Below, piece after piece: positions 28,601 to 43,600 of a stretch of DNA of 64,000 nt (its first letter is position 1; each line of letters begins with the position of its first letter). The notes beneath the pieces are model-generated. The model was given only the letters and a program-made list of their open reading frames with translations. It did no database searches and was not told the DNA's origin. This stretch comes from Phoronis australis. Taxonomy: Eukaryota > Animalia > Phoronida. Made by a program: the position numbers and the translations under genes. Where the stretch lies: NCBI GenBank assembly GCA_002633005.1, contig NMRA01000335.1, positions 124,001 to 188,000 of the forward strand, written 5' to 3'.

Positions 28601-31600
28601 GCTTGCCAAATGTCACATAGATCCCTCTAGCAGTTTAGGAGATACAGCCGTAGATACCGATAAAAGAAGGAAAATTACCACTTGGGTGTGCCACACTAGG
28701 CCCGTCTGAAAACTAATGTCAGTTCATCTGCAATTTTTTTTAGAGATACTTGGAGTAGTTACATGTAGGCGGATAGAGATGTTGAATCGCTAGGTAGCAC
28801 AGAATACGTCAATCCGTAACAGAAACGCTGCCAAATTTCATGAAAAATCTACAAATTTTTTATGCACTCTGAAGGTACAGAAGTGAACCTAAAAATTAAA
28901 TTGCACCTAAAGGGCGCAGCAGTAGCCAGATTTGCCATGAAAGGTCGTCGTCTTCAGAGGACAAACCCTTGCCAAATTTCACAAAGAATTTGCACGGGAT
29001 TAAGAAAGTACAGCTGCGCACGCAAAAGACGATATCTCCAAGAGGGGCGCCTCAGCAGTGGGACCGACCGCTAAATGTCATCAAAATCTGCCGAGGGACT
29101 CCCAAAATACAAACGAAGACGGAAAATTATAGAATTGCTAGTAGGTGGCACACGGATCTCGTCCGCCAAAGGTAGTCGATAGCCGCCGTCTTCAACCTAG
29201 AAGCACTTAATTATGTCACTATTCATGGGCATCTATTTAGGGGTTTCGGAGATACAGCCTCGGACAAGTGCCCAGACAGAGATGACGGCAATATTCACCC
29301 ACATATGTATAATAATATTGAAACGAGAGCATATTCTCAGTAAAACTGAATATCACTCATAAGTTTAAAGCAAGTCTGAAGTCTTCCAAATCTGCAAATG
29401 GGCTAGCATGAGTATCGAGCTAGGTCGGCTGGTCGAAGGAAAATCCGCCCCCTTCAAACACCAGCATCCACTTTTTAGCTCCTTTGTTTATAGTCGACCC
29501 CACACCACATTTGAATAAAATCACCAAAATAGGATTTCCATTAAATAAATTCTGCACTAGCCTTCGAAAATTATTATTGGGTCGTAATGAACAGTTGCCT
29601 GGTTTAAATTTAGAGATACGGGTGCTTTTATGTTAAAAATACACAATGAAAGTTTTAGATTCTGTAATAAAACAGTGAATTTGACTTTGTACCGCCAGTT
29701 ATATGGGACATTCCCAATAGAAACTCAACTACGTTCCTTTAATTGTTAGCGCATACGTGGACTCATTGTCCTCCCCTCTGCTACTTAATCTTCACTGTTA
29801 CATCAAGTTTTAGTGTAGATTTTGCGCATACCGGCAATAATTGGATAGAACGCACATACGAAAAGTGAACTATATGCTGAATTCTAATATCGCTGAAAAT
29901 ACACAGAACCCTTAAATGCAACGCACCTAATTTAAATACTTTGTCCCAAAATATTTTCATGGAAAAAAGGACTCAGTATTTTGGTGCATGTTTAGAAGGT
30001 ATCATAAAAATAGCTTACAATGAAAATAAACTGATCCAGTAATACATGTACAACATCAGTGAGTAAGCGTAAGTCTCCGATTGTATCCGAAATGTCACGA
30101 AATCAGGTAGTTTCTCCTTGGAGCGCTTGCATTAGACTTTGTTGAAATCAGTTTTGCTTTAGGGCCTACTAAACCAAGAACATCACGATACCGCATCACT
30201 GCTAAGAATGTCGTGGCTTGCATCTGTATTCCACTGAGTATTCGTCTAAATACATAATCGCCTACATTGTGTGCATTGGAAAAACAATTGTAGTATTAGA
30301 AAATCAGCGTCTCTTAGGTTTGGAAATCTTTCTTTCAAAAAGAATGGCGTTGGCGGCAGGTTGTCTTAACCAGTGAAGTCGACAGACCCATCTTCCACAA
30401 GAAACCAGTTGGCGTCGCAAAGTTTGGTTAGTTACTTAACTGTTACTGTAAACTAACCTGATGTCAAAAACGAAGTTTGAAGAAAGACCACCTATTAGTA
30501 TAAATGTGGTTTAGACTTTTTTGTCGAGTTAAAATATCTGCGCTTTGGTACAATTGAAAGTTCCTTGAGACCATGATCGTCACATATAACCAATTCGGTC
30601 AAGTCAAATGATTGAGCCTCATAACGAGCAATAAAAAAACTGTCAGTTCTTCAAAGCCCACTTCGACCTTGCGTACGAAACAAGTTTAGGATCCAGTTCA
30701 ATACGGTTTCGCTCAGTCGAAATAAGATTGCATGAGGGTTTAGTGCGTCTTTAGATTAAATTACAAAATACTTGGTGACCAGAGTCAACGTATCCTAGAC
30801 GTTCTCCCAAGTATGGACTCCCCATACGTTGTAAAAAACAGTTCTGATAATGTTAGCGACTAAGTGAGAAAATCTTAACAAATGCCTTACCAACCGCTTC
30901 TGGAGTAACAAGAGTTACGTTCGCTATTGGCTCTTCGACAGGTAGATCGCAGTAGAGTGAGGTGGACAGATTTTCAAGACCAACATTCGTCAGATTCACG
31001 TACACAGGGAACAGTCCAAGCTCGTTGAAAACAGCGTCAACAAAAATTCGTTTATCACGCACCACGGTGACACTAATATCGTATCCTAATCCCGAGTAAC
31101 ACTGCTCAGCCTGAATGCACGTTACGAAACTATCGTCTAAATTAGGTACTATCTCCAACATTTGACTTACAGTCTCAATGTATAGCATGTCTCCGGGAAA
31201 AACTGAAAATGTTCGGGGTTTGTTTATCGATTTAACTGTCATTGAAAGATTTCCATCGAAGTTACGATCGAGCAGAGTGTTACGGACGGTGTAGTTAAGA
31301 TTCATGCGGAAACTTGTCGAAACTTCTTTCTGCCTTTTCAATGCAAGGCTGTAAAGAGTTTTACTTTCCCAGTAATTTGGCTGGTTGACGTCGCATGGCG
31401 TTGTCGTGCATTCGTTTGATCGATAACAATAGCTGGTGCCTGGGCCACAAATCGGTTGAACAATCTGGTGGAAACAGATACAAGGTTTTGTTTTAGACAC
31501 AAACGGCAAAAGTCGTCAACGTTTCAGCGAAAGAGAGCGCAAAAGATGAGAAACACGTTCGGTAATTGCCAAATATTTTCATATCAGAGGTTATCACAAG

Positions 31601-34600
31601 CGAGAAACTACAAATGGTCGATAACAAACTTATAATGTCAGGCCAAAGTTATCTTGAGAAACACAGTCATTTTAATGGTTTTAGGTAAATAAAACCACGC
31701 TTAAACTTCCATGCTAATAGGACAGGCAGAAACAAGACTGAACACAGGGGGGGGGCAATTTCAGTTGTTGTGTTCATTCTTAGAAATGATGAGTGTGGAC
31801 CCGTTACATGCCGTTTTTCAGCTGGACATTTAAAACAATTCATTTTAAATGACGTAATCTTTGTTAAAATGACACAGGCATTAACATCAGGTTCGGTCCT
31901 CAAAGGTGAAGATCCTTAGACAGTACCAGTATAAGCGGCTGGGCTGCTCTCCGGTTGCTTTTGTGGCTGGGCTACCTATACCAATATTAGGTTCTTCACT
32001 TCTCTGTAGCCCTTGTCCCACTTCTGAGGACCGAAATTGATTTTCTTGCTTTTGCCACTTTAACAGTAAATCATCTGAGACAAAAAGATGCCTTAACACT
32101 TTTTACAGGAACCGCATCTCTTAATTCTTTGCCAAATTGTGGTCGATGTACCACATTAAAGTGGTTTCCTCCTTTGGATAGATTTCCCAACCATTTTCAA
32201 CCCTAAGTAAACGTTTTAACTCTTGTGATGGTCGCAATGCACGACCACTAAGAGTTAAATGGTCGCGGTGGTTCACAATATAAAAACGACCACTAGAGTT
32301 AGAATTGTCGCAATGGTTCGAATTGTAAGAACAATTTAAAGTTAAGACAATAGCATTGGTTCGCCATATACGGACGATAACTAAGAGTTACAGGCACATA
32401 ATCTCCAACGAAGACTACACTCCAAAAAAGCAAATACATGTATGAGAGATAGAGTACCTGTATTCGGATCGAGTGGAAATTCTCTCCAATTGGGCACATT
32501 GGGTATGAGCATGTTAACAATGGAGAAGCTACATGTATGTGACGAAACGATTCTCACCTTGACTGTGTATTTCTTGTCTTTGTTACCAGCATTGTCATTT
32601 AGTTTCAGAGTCAGCTCACTGATATACCCGGCATAATGAAATGTCATACTTGGGATGTACATACCAATGACGCCGGTTGTGTTCAGTGGATTTGTAAAAG
32701 CCCGAGAAAAATTTGTAGCCATCTTACGAGGATCCATTTTATATCTCACGGACCCTGAAAAGTATTATCCAAATATTAGTGTTGTTACAACAACCATAGA
32801 TTATAGACTATAGTCTATGCAACAACGAAACACAACTGTGGACAATTTATGAACGCAACCATCCGCCATTGTTAAGGTGCAGTTAGTGTGATTACCATGG
32901 TGCAGTATTTTCATCGTCACCACAACTACGACGATAATCAAGGTCATCGTAATCGCCAATTTTCCCCGTCAAGGCGACGGAACAGTTGCCAGACATAATA
33001 ATGACGATCGTGATTTTTTTTGTTGACTATCATCATTATCATCACCGCCCTTATCATCACAACCACCACTACCAAGCCGACTTTCATAAAAAATTAAGTT
33101 TTGATGCACATCACTTACCGTTGCGAAATTGATCTCATACACGTAGTGTGCCTTAATTAGTAAAATTGCATATAATTTCAGGGCTACGGAACTACTGGTA
33201 GTCAGTACGTTATTGGCAGAGACCAGGCTCTCTTACTTGCCTCGTCACATCGTGTAATTTCATGCCCCTAGCACGGAGTCAACGAATAATAAACTGTTTC
33301 TTCTTTGCAAGCTAGAAACTTACTTCCCTTTGAGTAAAGAACAAGTTGAGACCAATTTTAAAGCGTTAAGTAGTCTAAATAAAAATTTGCGGAACGCGGA
33401 TCTATAGCTGTTTTAATGAGTTAAACACTGAAAGCATTGTGAGCATTTCAAAAATAATTTGAAATTTATCCTGAAAGTCAGTCAAAAGTTAGCATGGATG
33501 TCGGACAGTTTCCGGACGAGAGTAGAATGTTAGCATCTTATACTAAAAAAGCTCGTCATTTCTGGAAATGTTTAACTCATACCGCACGACAGTCCAGCGC
33601 TCGACTTTGTTTCCCCAATGATTATTCTGAATGTACTACGACTGTTTAGCTACATCTATCTTTCTGCCGCCCTTGGCTTTTTTACACCAGCTTCCATTAG
33701 CACAACACAATGCGGTATGCTTGGTGTAGACCAAAGACACCCACGTTTCTAAGATGTGATAATAATACATCATTGCAAACTATTACAGCTGGTCTAAGAA
33801 CACGTATATCATACGTCTAAGCAAGAAACTAACTTACCTCCACCATCGGTGAAAGATTGACGTGGCATACTCTGGTCAAAAAGAGGATCAACCGTATATT
33901 GAATGGATCCCGTAAAGGCGACTTCAAGTGGCGTTAGTAAATTCACTCCAGCCGCAGGGGGACAAATTAACTGACTTGTAATGTCCGTATTCTCTAGAAC
34001 CTTAAAAATTATTTTATTCTTTTCATTACGCATCCCATACAAATGCACTCCTGTGCAAAGGACAATCAGAGCACTGAGCTACAGAGTATCCACCAGGTTT
34101 ATGATTGCGTGTGCTGAATGACAGCGTACTGGACTGGCGGCGACATAAAAATTTGAATTTCTACAGGCAGGATTTTGGGCCCATCGCCTTCAGTTGGATC
34201 GGCGGCCTCATCTCTAAACCTAGATTCTAGTAAAAATGTCATGGGAACAAAATGGCGTCGTGTCAAGAATGAGTTAGAAGCACGTGGCAGTTAAGTGGGA
34301 GGCCAATCACGGTCATAGAGCTGCCGTCGTTTGTCATTTTTGTCTTGATCGGATGAAAAGCTATACGAACAGGCTACAAATTATCAAGAGTCAAGAGCTG
34401 CAAACAAGGGGTGACATCGTAGGTGTTGAGCAAAAAAAACAATCTGACCACCTCAAGACGACTGGGGGGCGGGGGGGCACTTGACACAATGACATGGAAA
34501 AAAACAAATGCTATGTCAACTTGACGTCAGTTGCTAGTTGGAACAACCGTCAAACTGTAAAGTAATGAAATCAAATCAGTATAAGTAACACTCAACATGC

Positions 34601-37600
34601 TGTGTTTTTATTAGTGTAAACTAACATTACCGGTACGCGCAAGTACACACGTCAAAGGTTGTGATTTGCCACGTGAACAGTCTGGGTGAAGTATTTGAAA
34701 ATATGTCGAAAAAATAAAAGACACTTAAGAATTCGAAGCTTTGAGTTGCGTAGACGAAATCATATCACACTCGGCATAATCATTCCGCGTATCGACGGAG
34801 ACCGAAGTGACATTAAAGATAGAAATGTAGCATTATTTTCTATGGGGAAGTGCGCTAGTGATTTTGAAACAAACATTGTCTTTCATTACGTCAGTAGCTT
34901 CTCATTCATTCAGTCTTTCGGCTTTACTTTCCACAAAACTTAATCCAGCTCTACAGATTCAGCTTTTTGCCGGTAGATGGCAGAGCAAGCAAAAGTTATT
35001 CTTTTCAATTAAAAAATGACATAACTTGAGTGTTCTCGCAAGAGAAACCTACCGCTGCTGGGAATTCTGTATTCAAACTAGTTGTTGCAGTGATGGATAC
35101 ATATTCCGAAATGAATGTTTTTAGCTTGAAATTGTTTTGACGTGGCAGCACTGCTCTAGTCTCTTTTGGTAGATTTCAGTGTTAAAGAAACCATTTACTT
35201 TGCAGGTTTGAATAAGTGAGTAAACCTTTCTGAATACATTAATTTTACCAAGGAGTGTACTCTACATTCCTTGATTTTACCATCTTTTTCTAATTGGTAG
35301 GTATTTGTGAGACAAGTTTCGAGTGAAACTCTGGACTTTGAAAGACCGTTCGGGTAGATGTTACCGCATCGCCACTGCCCGTCCAACGTTTTCCATGATT
35401 CTCTGTACGGAAATAACTCATCCATTTTCTGATATATTGAGACGTGATGAACGCCGTAATTCTTATACACTGATGACCCCGAATGACACGTTCCCATACT
35501 CAAGTGAAACTAAGCGAACAAATACACTGTTTTTGTGGAATGTCCTTCGAATTTTGGTGGGAACGTTTGATGCTGCTAGTCATAATACATAATGATGTGG
35601 AGTCATTTTCCATATGAGGCTTGGCGACAATGCAGAAAGTTGATATCGTTGTACTCATGAAGATAAATCATGGGCGGCGCACCATAGGGGAATGGGTAGG
35701 GCCGGAGGGGGGGCCTTTAGCCCCCCACTTTTTTCAGTGGTCTGGCGCCCATGGTCTATGGATGGTGCACCACAGCTGAAGGGGGCTGGGAGGCTATAGC
35801 CCCCACTTTTTTCAGTGCTGCGCCGCCCATGTAAATACAGGTTAAACGCAATATGAAATCTGTGAAATTTGCACCGATAATTTCCGCTTACTTAGCAAGA
35901 TAACACATGAGCTAAAATTTGAAACACTGTTCACTGTTTAGACTCTGAAGAGTTTCTGCAAACTTTTCGGAGACCGCTGATCAAGATGAACGTTTATTCA
36001 GTGCTCCTGTAGAGTGCATGTTCTCCGTTCCAGCATGATCTAAAAGCAAGTGGCAAGTTTACTAGGAATTAACACTTTCATGTCCCCGAAATCAAAAAAC
36101 GCCGTAGTTGCGTGAATCGGGGCAGGTTTCAAATTGCTTATACAGGTATTTGCCTAATGAGTAAGTTCGGAGCTTCACTAGTCGTATACACTTGCAAAAT
36201 CAATGGATGCGAGGAGTTCTCGCCGCAAGTGTCACAGGAGTGTATAACCGTTTAAGGAATATCGCTTCTCAGGGCCTGAGCTAAACGGCTAATTTTTCTA
36301 CTCAAAATCGAACTCGAAACTATTGTTGACGTGCTACTTATGTGTGAACTTGAGCTAAATGTCAATTATTCGGTGGCCAGTAAATTATGTTTGATGTACA
36401 CGAGCTTTTAGTTACACTAAATGACCCCATTCGAGCTACAAACTCGAGTGAAACATCGACATTTCGAGCCTACAGTAGCGAAGTCGTCAAGTGCAAATCA
36501 GATTAGACGGTTATTCACGCGCGAGCCGTTATGTACTCCAATATGCAATAATAAACGTCCATCTTGTGTTCCAACAAATGTAGAAAAGGAAACGACAAAC
36601 ATAATTGTTTGTAAAGTTGGATTTCAAATAATAAGATCTGACCACTTTGTTAATGCGACCTTCTGTCCACCTAATTGACTGTAAATTGAACTTGAAGAAA
36701 CGTAAGAGAATCAACTTTTACTCACCTGAATATTGCCTTCTTCGTGGACAGCGTTACCCATCCAATCCTTGGCATCAACGTAAATTCTGTGCAAGCCAAC
36801 GCCTCCGAATTGAATACCAGCAAATGTTAGATTGTATTGGACTGTTCGTCCTGAATATTCCGTGGGAGGCAATGAATTGCTCGGTAACCGCATGATAACA
36901 TCTGTGGTCGTAATTCCGATGGCAGTTATGGAAACGCTTAAGTTGTCGTATTCGTGAACTTGTTGATCTGTGAAAAGAATAATTCTGTGTCAAAAATGAA
37001 ATTGACAATTCATCAACATATACGTCTTGGACGAACACAATCAACCATGCATTGAAAATGTTTCGTATGCTCAACATTACTCTGCACTAGAACAACAAAT
37101 GCAAAACTCATCTTAATAATTGAGCTCAAATGCCCGCCCTTTCTGCTTTGTTCTTCGTCATAAAATGACATTTATCTACAGCGCAATCTTGTTTTATTGA
37201 CTGCAAATTAGCTTCGGGACACGAAACTTGCTGGTAAGGAAGACACGTACTCAAATCTTTCCTAGCTGTTGTTTTGAAAAAATAAACCTTACCTTAGCTC
37301 TAAGGACTTTTTTAGTAAGTGTGATGCAGTCCAACTGAATAGGTTCAATGTTTCTGATTATAAAATGACAAACAAAGAGGCTGTGGCGTAACATTCCAAT
37401 GTATGAAATGCAATGCGAACATGTTCCACGTTCAAGTTAGTCTACAGGCGCTTGAGTTTATTAACCGATCACCACTGACGTCACTCTTGAATACTTTAAG
37501 AAAGGTTGGACACTCAAAATGTGTTTGCTCAGAATTTTCTACTCAAATGTGCATGGAACTCCAGGAAACTAGCATCGAACACACCTTCTTTTATTTGATC

Positions 37601-40600
37601 ACTTTAAATTTTCTTCGAGTGGTGATTTGACGACAAAAATGTCAAAGAAGCCAAAATCACAAATTCAAAGACCTTATTTTGTGACGTAAAACGTTCAAGG
37701 CAGTCGACCTTCGAGTATCCGGGTTCTTGGCGGACGCTCCCGATGCATTTCCGGAAGTCCTGTTTTCGCGCGTCCACAAATGTTATTTGAGTGGCCTCCA
37801 CATAATTTAGCATCAGTTTTAATGTATTTAAACGCTGATTATGGAAAACAACGTTCTTTATAAGCTTGGTACCACAGGTTACTAGCTTCTAACTCTGGCC
37901 TACTGCGAAATCCAGCATTTACTGGTGGTGACTGATTTACCGCGACTAAAGGTGCGGTCAGACATAGAAAATGTCCGCCAAAAACCGAGTGTTCGTTGTG
38001 CTTAAACAAAGAGTAGCACATAATGTCAAGATCAAAGCGTAGGTGGATTAAGCTAGAAAGCTCTCAGATTGCCAAGTGCAACATTACAATGACCAGGGGA
38101 CTGTTTCAAGACAAATTATGGGCGACTTAAGTCAGATATTCGTGACACGTGACTATTGTAAAAAATAATTATCTAAGTCTCACTTAATTAAAAGCGTGTA
38201 CTCTGGCTGAGAATATACACATAACTGTTAATTATTGAGATAGTTTCTGTAAATTATTTCTAGCAGGAAATGATGTCATGTTTAATTAGCTAAACCTGTT
38301 TTCAGCAGTTGTACAGTGGGAATGTAACACCAAATTCCTTGAATTGAGTTTTAAGTCATATTTATTGAACAGGCCCCATTACGTATCCATCAAGAAGTCA
38401 AGAAAATATATATACCGTACGAAATGTCGATGCTACGCAATTTGCTCAACTTCCTTTTAGAAGCTGGAATGATATCATCCTTCGACGAACACCAGTTAGC
38501 ATCCAAGAATCCACAAAAACAACGGCGGGAGCTAGATAATCCGGCAAAACTGAAATGTACGGGTATAGTAAAGGTTGGCCAATTACATTACTTTAGATAG
38601 GTACGTGCACTTTGTCCGGTTAATACGAGCTTCCATACTTAGAGAATGTTTTTTGAGACCTTCCGTTTTTGCAATTGCTGTGCAAATAAATGATAATACA
38701 TTAAAACACATATACAAATATTTAGCCCAGAAAGTGAACCAATATATCTATCATAGGCTTAAACATGAAGTGCGTTTTACATCTAGAAACAGCTGCTTGT
38801 ACATCTTTTTTAGGTGTTCAGTTTCTATGCCAATAAAACACCGTTCCAAACACTTGCTTAGAGGAAACGTATTGGAAAATAGTTCCACACACGTGCATAT
38901 TCCAAGCGCTATGCACCGTAACAAAAGAAACTTAGGTTCCTATTGAAAATTTCGGAATTGACTACTAGAAAAGACCGCCTAAAATGTCAATCTTCAGGCT
39001 CTCTTAATACTGCAGGGATGCACAATCTCAACTGACATTGTATTCATTTATGTTTATCCATAGAAAAAATGAGTGAAAAACTAAAAATATTCGTCCCACA
39101 AACCTGAAATTAGGGTAGTGGCGAGACACACAGAGTGCCTCACATCCATCCAAGTTGATGTCTTCAGTAGAATACACCCCAGGTGAGTAGGTTCCATTAA
39201 GACACGTCGGTAAAGATACTGTAGGCAGATTAATATACATTGTCATGAGTAATACACAGTATAATGAAATCAAATACATGCGCTTCTGGAGACTGTTCAA
39301 AAGGTGATTGTCACCGTATCTGACGACGTTTTGATTAATGTGGAAAAATGTTCTGGACCTTCTCGGTTGGTTTTAATCAAAACGTAAAATGACAACTCTT
39401 CATACCGGAATTGAGAAGCTTTGTGGAAGACGCAAACGTTGCGATCTGCTGAATGGTGTAATGTACAGAGAGGCATGTGACGACTTGGTGAGTTAGGCTA
39501 AGCGAAATTCTATACATCACATCATGAACATGTGTATTGTGAATAGCATCGAGCGAGAAAGCCTGCCTACAAAGCCTTTTTGCGACTGAGAAACACGACG
39601 TTACATTCGTGAGATAAACACTTCGGACGTAACCTAACTACTCAGCGTAAAGCTACACCAGAACCAAACTCAAACGAACCCCAGTACTGACATCATGACA
39701 CGGGTGTTAGCAATGACCATTACTTTGAAATGCAAAATGTCAAAGAACGTTTTTAGTAACATATATGTTAACTAAAACACGAATACAATACGTACATGTG
39801 CAGCAGACCTGTTGCCCAAGTTGGATAACCTACAACAAAGCAATACAGTTGAAGTGAACACAAATGCGAAAATAAGAACATTTAATAACTTATGAGACAT
39901 TGGGAATTTCACTCACAGAAGCAACGCATACAACTTCGGCGATGCCATAAAGTGATGACACGGTTGTTCTGCGTTGTCATATGGGAAAATACGGAATAAA
40001 TATTCCCACATGTGAAAGAAGTATCGTTATTATACGATTTTGGCAAATTCTAAACCACTGGCAGGGGCCTGTTTCATGCAAGTGACTTAAAGACAGAAAT
40101 TTGGTTTTACGATCCCGCTTCAAAATTGCTGAGGAAAGACTTAGTAAAGTAATTATAAGCGTATAGCAGTCTAGAAATAATTTACAGAATTATCTTCATA
40201 ACCAACAGTTACGTGTGTGACCGCAGACTGTGAAATTTTGCACAAGTCACGTGATATTCAGTTATTTTTCTCATACTAGTTGTCTGGAGTGTAAGACCAA
40301 TCTTCACTTTTCTCGAAAGCCATCACGAGCCAATCAATCCCAACACTAGACTCTATTATTTATGCATTTTCAGTTTTTGCGAGGAACGCTTCATTTGTGT
40401 TGTTGAATTTTGCACACAACATTTAAGATAAACGAAACACCCTTAGTTTATACCCGCCAGCGGTAAACAACAATACAAAATTCTTGAAGCAAGTTATCGA
40501 AAATTTATCTTAAAGTCTGACTTCGATTCTGTTAGGCATATGATTGCCCGACGTTTGAATATTCATTCTCGTATTGTATGTATCATGACTCATACAATAA

Positions 40601-43600
40601 CCTACAGCTCAATAACACCACGAAAGTTGTACAGCAGATACGCATCATATAATAATGTGAATAATATCGAGCTTCATCGAAACTTAACACATGTTTTCGG
40701 TGACCTTTATACAACTTACTGTTGACGAAACACTAGACATTACCATCACTCAAATACTTACATGTATCCAAAACACCAGGCCGAATAAAGCGTTCATCTC
40801 ACCTACGAAGATGTCTTTAACATTTGTGCGATGAGACGATTACAGTTAACTGGACCCTCCTGAAACTAAGCGAAACTCATCTGAACTTTTCCGTAATTCT
40901 TCACCATAAATTATCAAAACGAAATGAAAATATCCAACGAAACAAAAAAAACACTTCGCACGCGCAAATGTTATAATAACAATGAAACTATAGCAACAAA
41001 ACATCGAGTAGCATTTAACATTTTGCTGGGCACACGTGGCGTATGTAATGTTACAGTCAAGAAGGTACCACCGCATCAATAAAATATCAAGGAAATATAT
41101 GTAGTTTGCCAGGGGAATTTGAGTGAGACGGCAATACGCTCTCTGGGTTCAATTCAGCGCGACTGTTGATATTTTGAAAACAATATAATTCAATGTTTGA
41201 AAATAAAAACCCTCCACCATACAGTAAGAAAGAATGTCCTTATGTGCGTGTATTGGGGTCCACGTTCCTATATTCAAAATTGTGAAGCAACGTAAGAATG
41301 GAATAGTTCATAAAACAAATGCTCAATTCTGCCTACAGTAGAGCTAGAAAATTAGACTAACGTGTTCACTCCAGGTTACTTCGTTGAGACTCACACCTAG
41401 GGTCAAAACGTGTACTGTTTGCCTGGGAATGTGTGAGGGCAAATCGTAAAATGTAAGTCTGAGCTAAATTTTAATGTGTCAGTGTGCTGTATGAGTTTAC
41501 ATCGATTGTACAATGAGCTGGGATCAGTGTGTAACGCCACTAATTCGAGGGTTGAAGGCGAGCGCGGTAACTGAACATTTGATTAAGAAATGCAACCAGT
41601 TTTGAATAACAAGACGTGAAAGTTTTCTTACATTCGATCTTTGACTCGGTAACGCGTTTGGTTAGATTGACTGCGTCCCGGTCAATACAACGCCCTTTCC
41701 ATTTTGAAAACGCGGCTATTTTTTGCGTTTTTAACAAAGTCTACGTCCACACTTCTTTTTTGTTTGCGTTAGGCTGAATCGCAACTATGGGGCCAGATAT
41801 GAATCAGTCGCCGGGCTTGATCAGCCCCCAGCCAATGTTCTGCGTTTTTCATGCACCAAGCAAGACTATACAGTTCCGCCACGTTCTTGAAATCGCGAAT
41901 GCAGTGCTCAGCTGGAACGAGTCCCATCAAATTCCGAACAAGCGCACGATCCTAAAAAAGCGCCCGGCTTGAGAACGTTTTATCGAAAATCCACGGCACA
42001 TGCAGCGCTGTTGCGATCTTGACGTTCCCATAATCCTGCGCTAGCCGAGGTCAGCCGACATGCCAATAGTCCTTTTGCGAGTAACACTATGAATAACGCG
42101 AGATTCTGTGAGACTTAACTGTGATGTCACCGGAAGAAGGGCAAAAGCTTTTTGTTTGGCCATTTGCCCGATACGTTAGCAGAGTGTATTTTTTTCAGTT
42201 TACTTCGAGTTTTAAATCTTCTATTGTGAACAAACAAACATTGCTGTTATGGGTAATCTAATTCAGATTCGCGCTACAACACGTCCCATCGCGTTCTGTA
42301 CTAATTTCATCCCGTGTATTTTAAACGGGTGGTAGGCGAAATCCACTCACTGATTGAGAATTTTCACCTCGTCAAATACATTCTAGACTTAAAACTATCT
42401 CTTAAAATGCGCTTACTTTCTTCAATGAAGCATAGCTATGAGAACTGAGGTGACTTTGGCAAAGAATTCGAATTCCACTTTTTGGTTCTCGTTAACTTTG
42501 TCACCGCGCGCGCTATAACCACAATGTATAGTCCGATTACCTCTCGTCGTCAGTCTCCAAAGGTCGTCCGCCATCTTGTTTCGCGTGCAGCGCTGCCACG
42601 CGGGACTTAGCGTTCCAATGTGGAACGCTCGTCTGCACGTTAGGTACTAACATCTCGGGAGAAACACGCGTGGAAGAACTGATACTAAATTAATGCATTT
42701 ACCGACTGTTTTTTGAGACCACTTAAAAACTTGTTGATTTTACTAATGCACTTTTTTGTTCATTTTCAGAAGATATTTTCGAAATTAAATTTTCTTCAGA
42801 CGGAACAAAAAGCAACCCAGGGATTGTTTATGCAATGTATCTATTTGTCCCAGGCACTAACCGACATCTGTTAGGCCAAAGGAAAAACGCAGCAGACAAA
42901 TGGAACACGCTGGGTGCTTAACAGTTTCGGCCCACGCCTTGGTCATCAAAATATTGTTCACTTGTTTTTTTATTGCAAAACACAGTACTGAACTCAACAT
43001 TTATGTTGAAAATTTTGGTTAAAGCATTTTGAATTTATTTGAAGAAAATTAAAATACTTGAATTGCTAGAGAATGGCCACCAATAAAGTAAAACATTGAC
43101 TTTATTTCACTATATTGCATTTGTTACATACAACACAGCATGACATAATCAAAAATAAAAGAAGAGATTGAGCAATAAAATTCAAATGCAACTTGGGTAT
43201 TTATTTATTTATTTATGAATGCAGAAGCCTGTTAAAGATGAGAAAAAATCAAACAATACAATTATGGGTAATTTATTAGAACAATTGTATCGAGGTTCAA
43301 TGATCAACTTCAGCCGACCAAGTCTCAAAGGCTTACAGTCCTGTTTTGGCTGACAAGGTGTTAACAGAGAATGAAGAGAAACTGAAAAGAAAAAGAAGGA
43401 CAGCAGAGATAAGTGATGTTAAGAACAACAAGAGCAAAAAGTCAAATAAAGAGGTCACAAATACAAAATAAGTAAGGTCTGCCTGGAATAAAACAATTGT
43501 GATTTATTTTCCAGAACTGAAATTCTAAATCAATTTTAATCGATTTAAAAATCGATATCATACCAGTAAAACAGTTTGTGGTTGAAGTAGAGTTGCTGTA

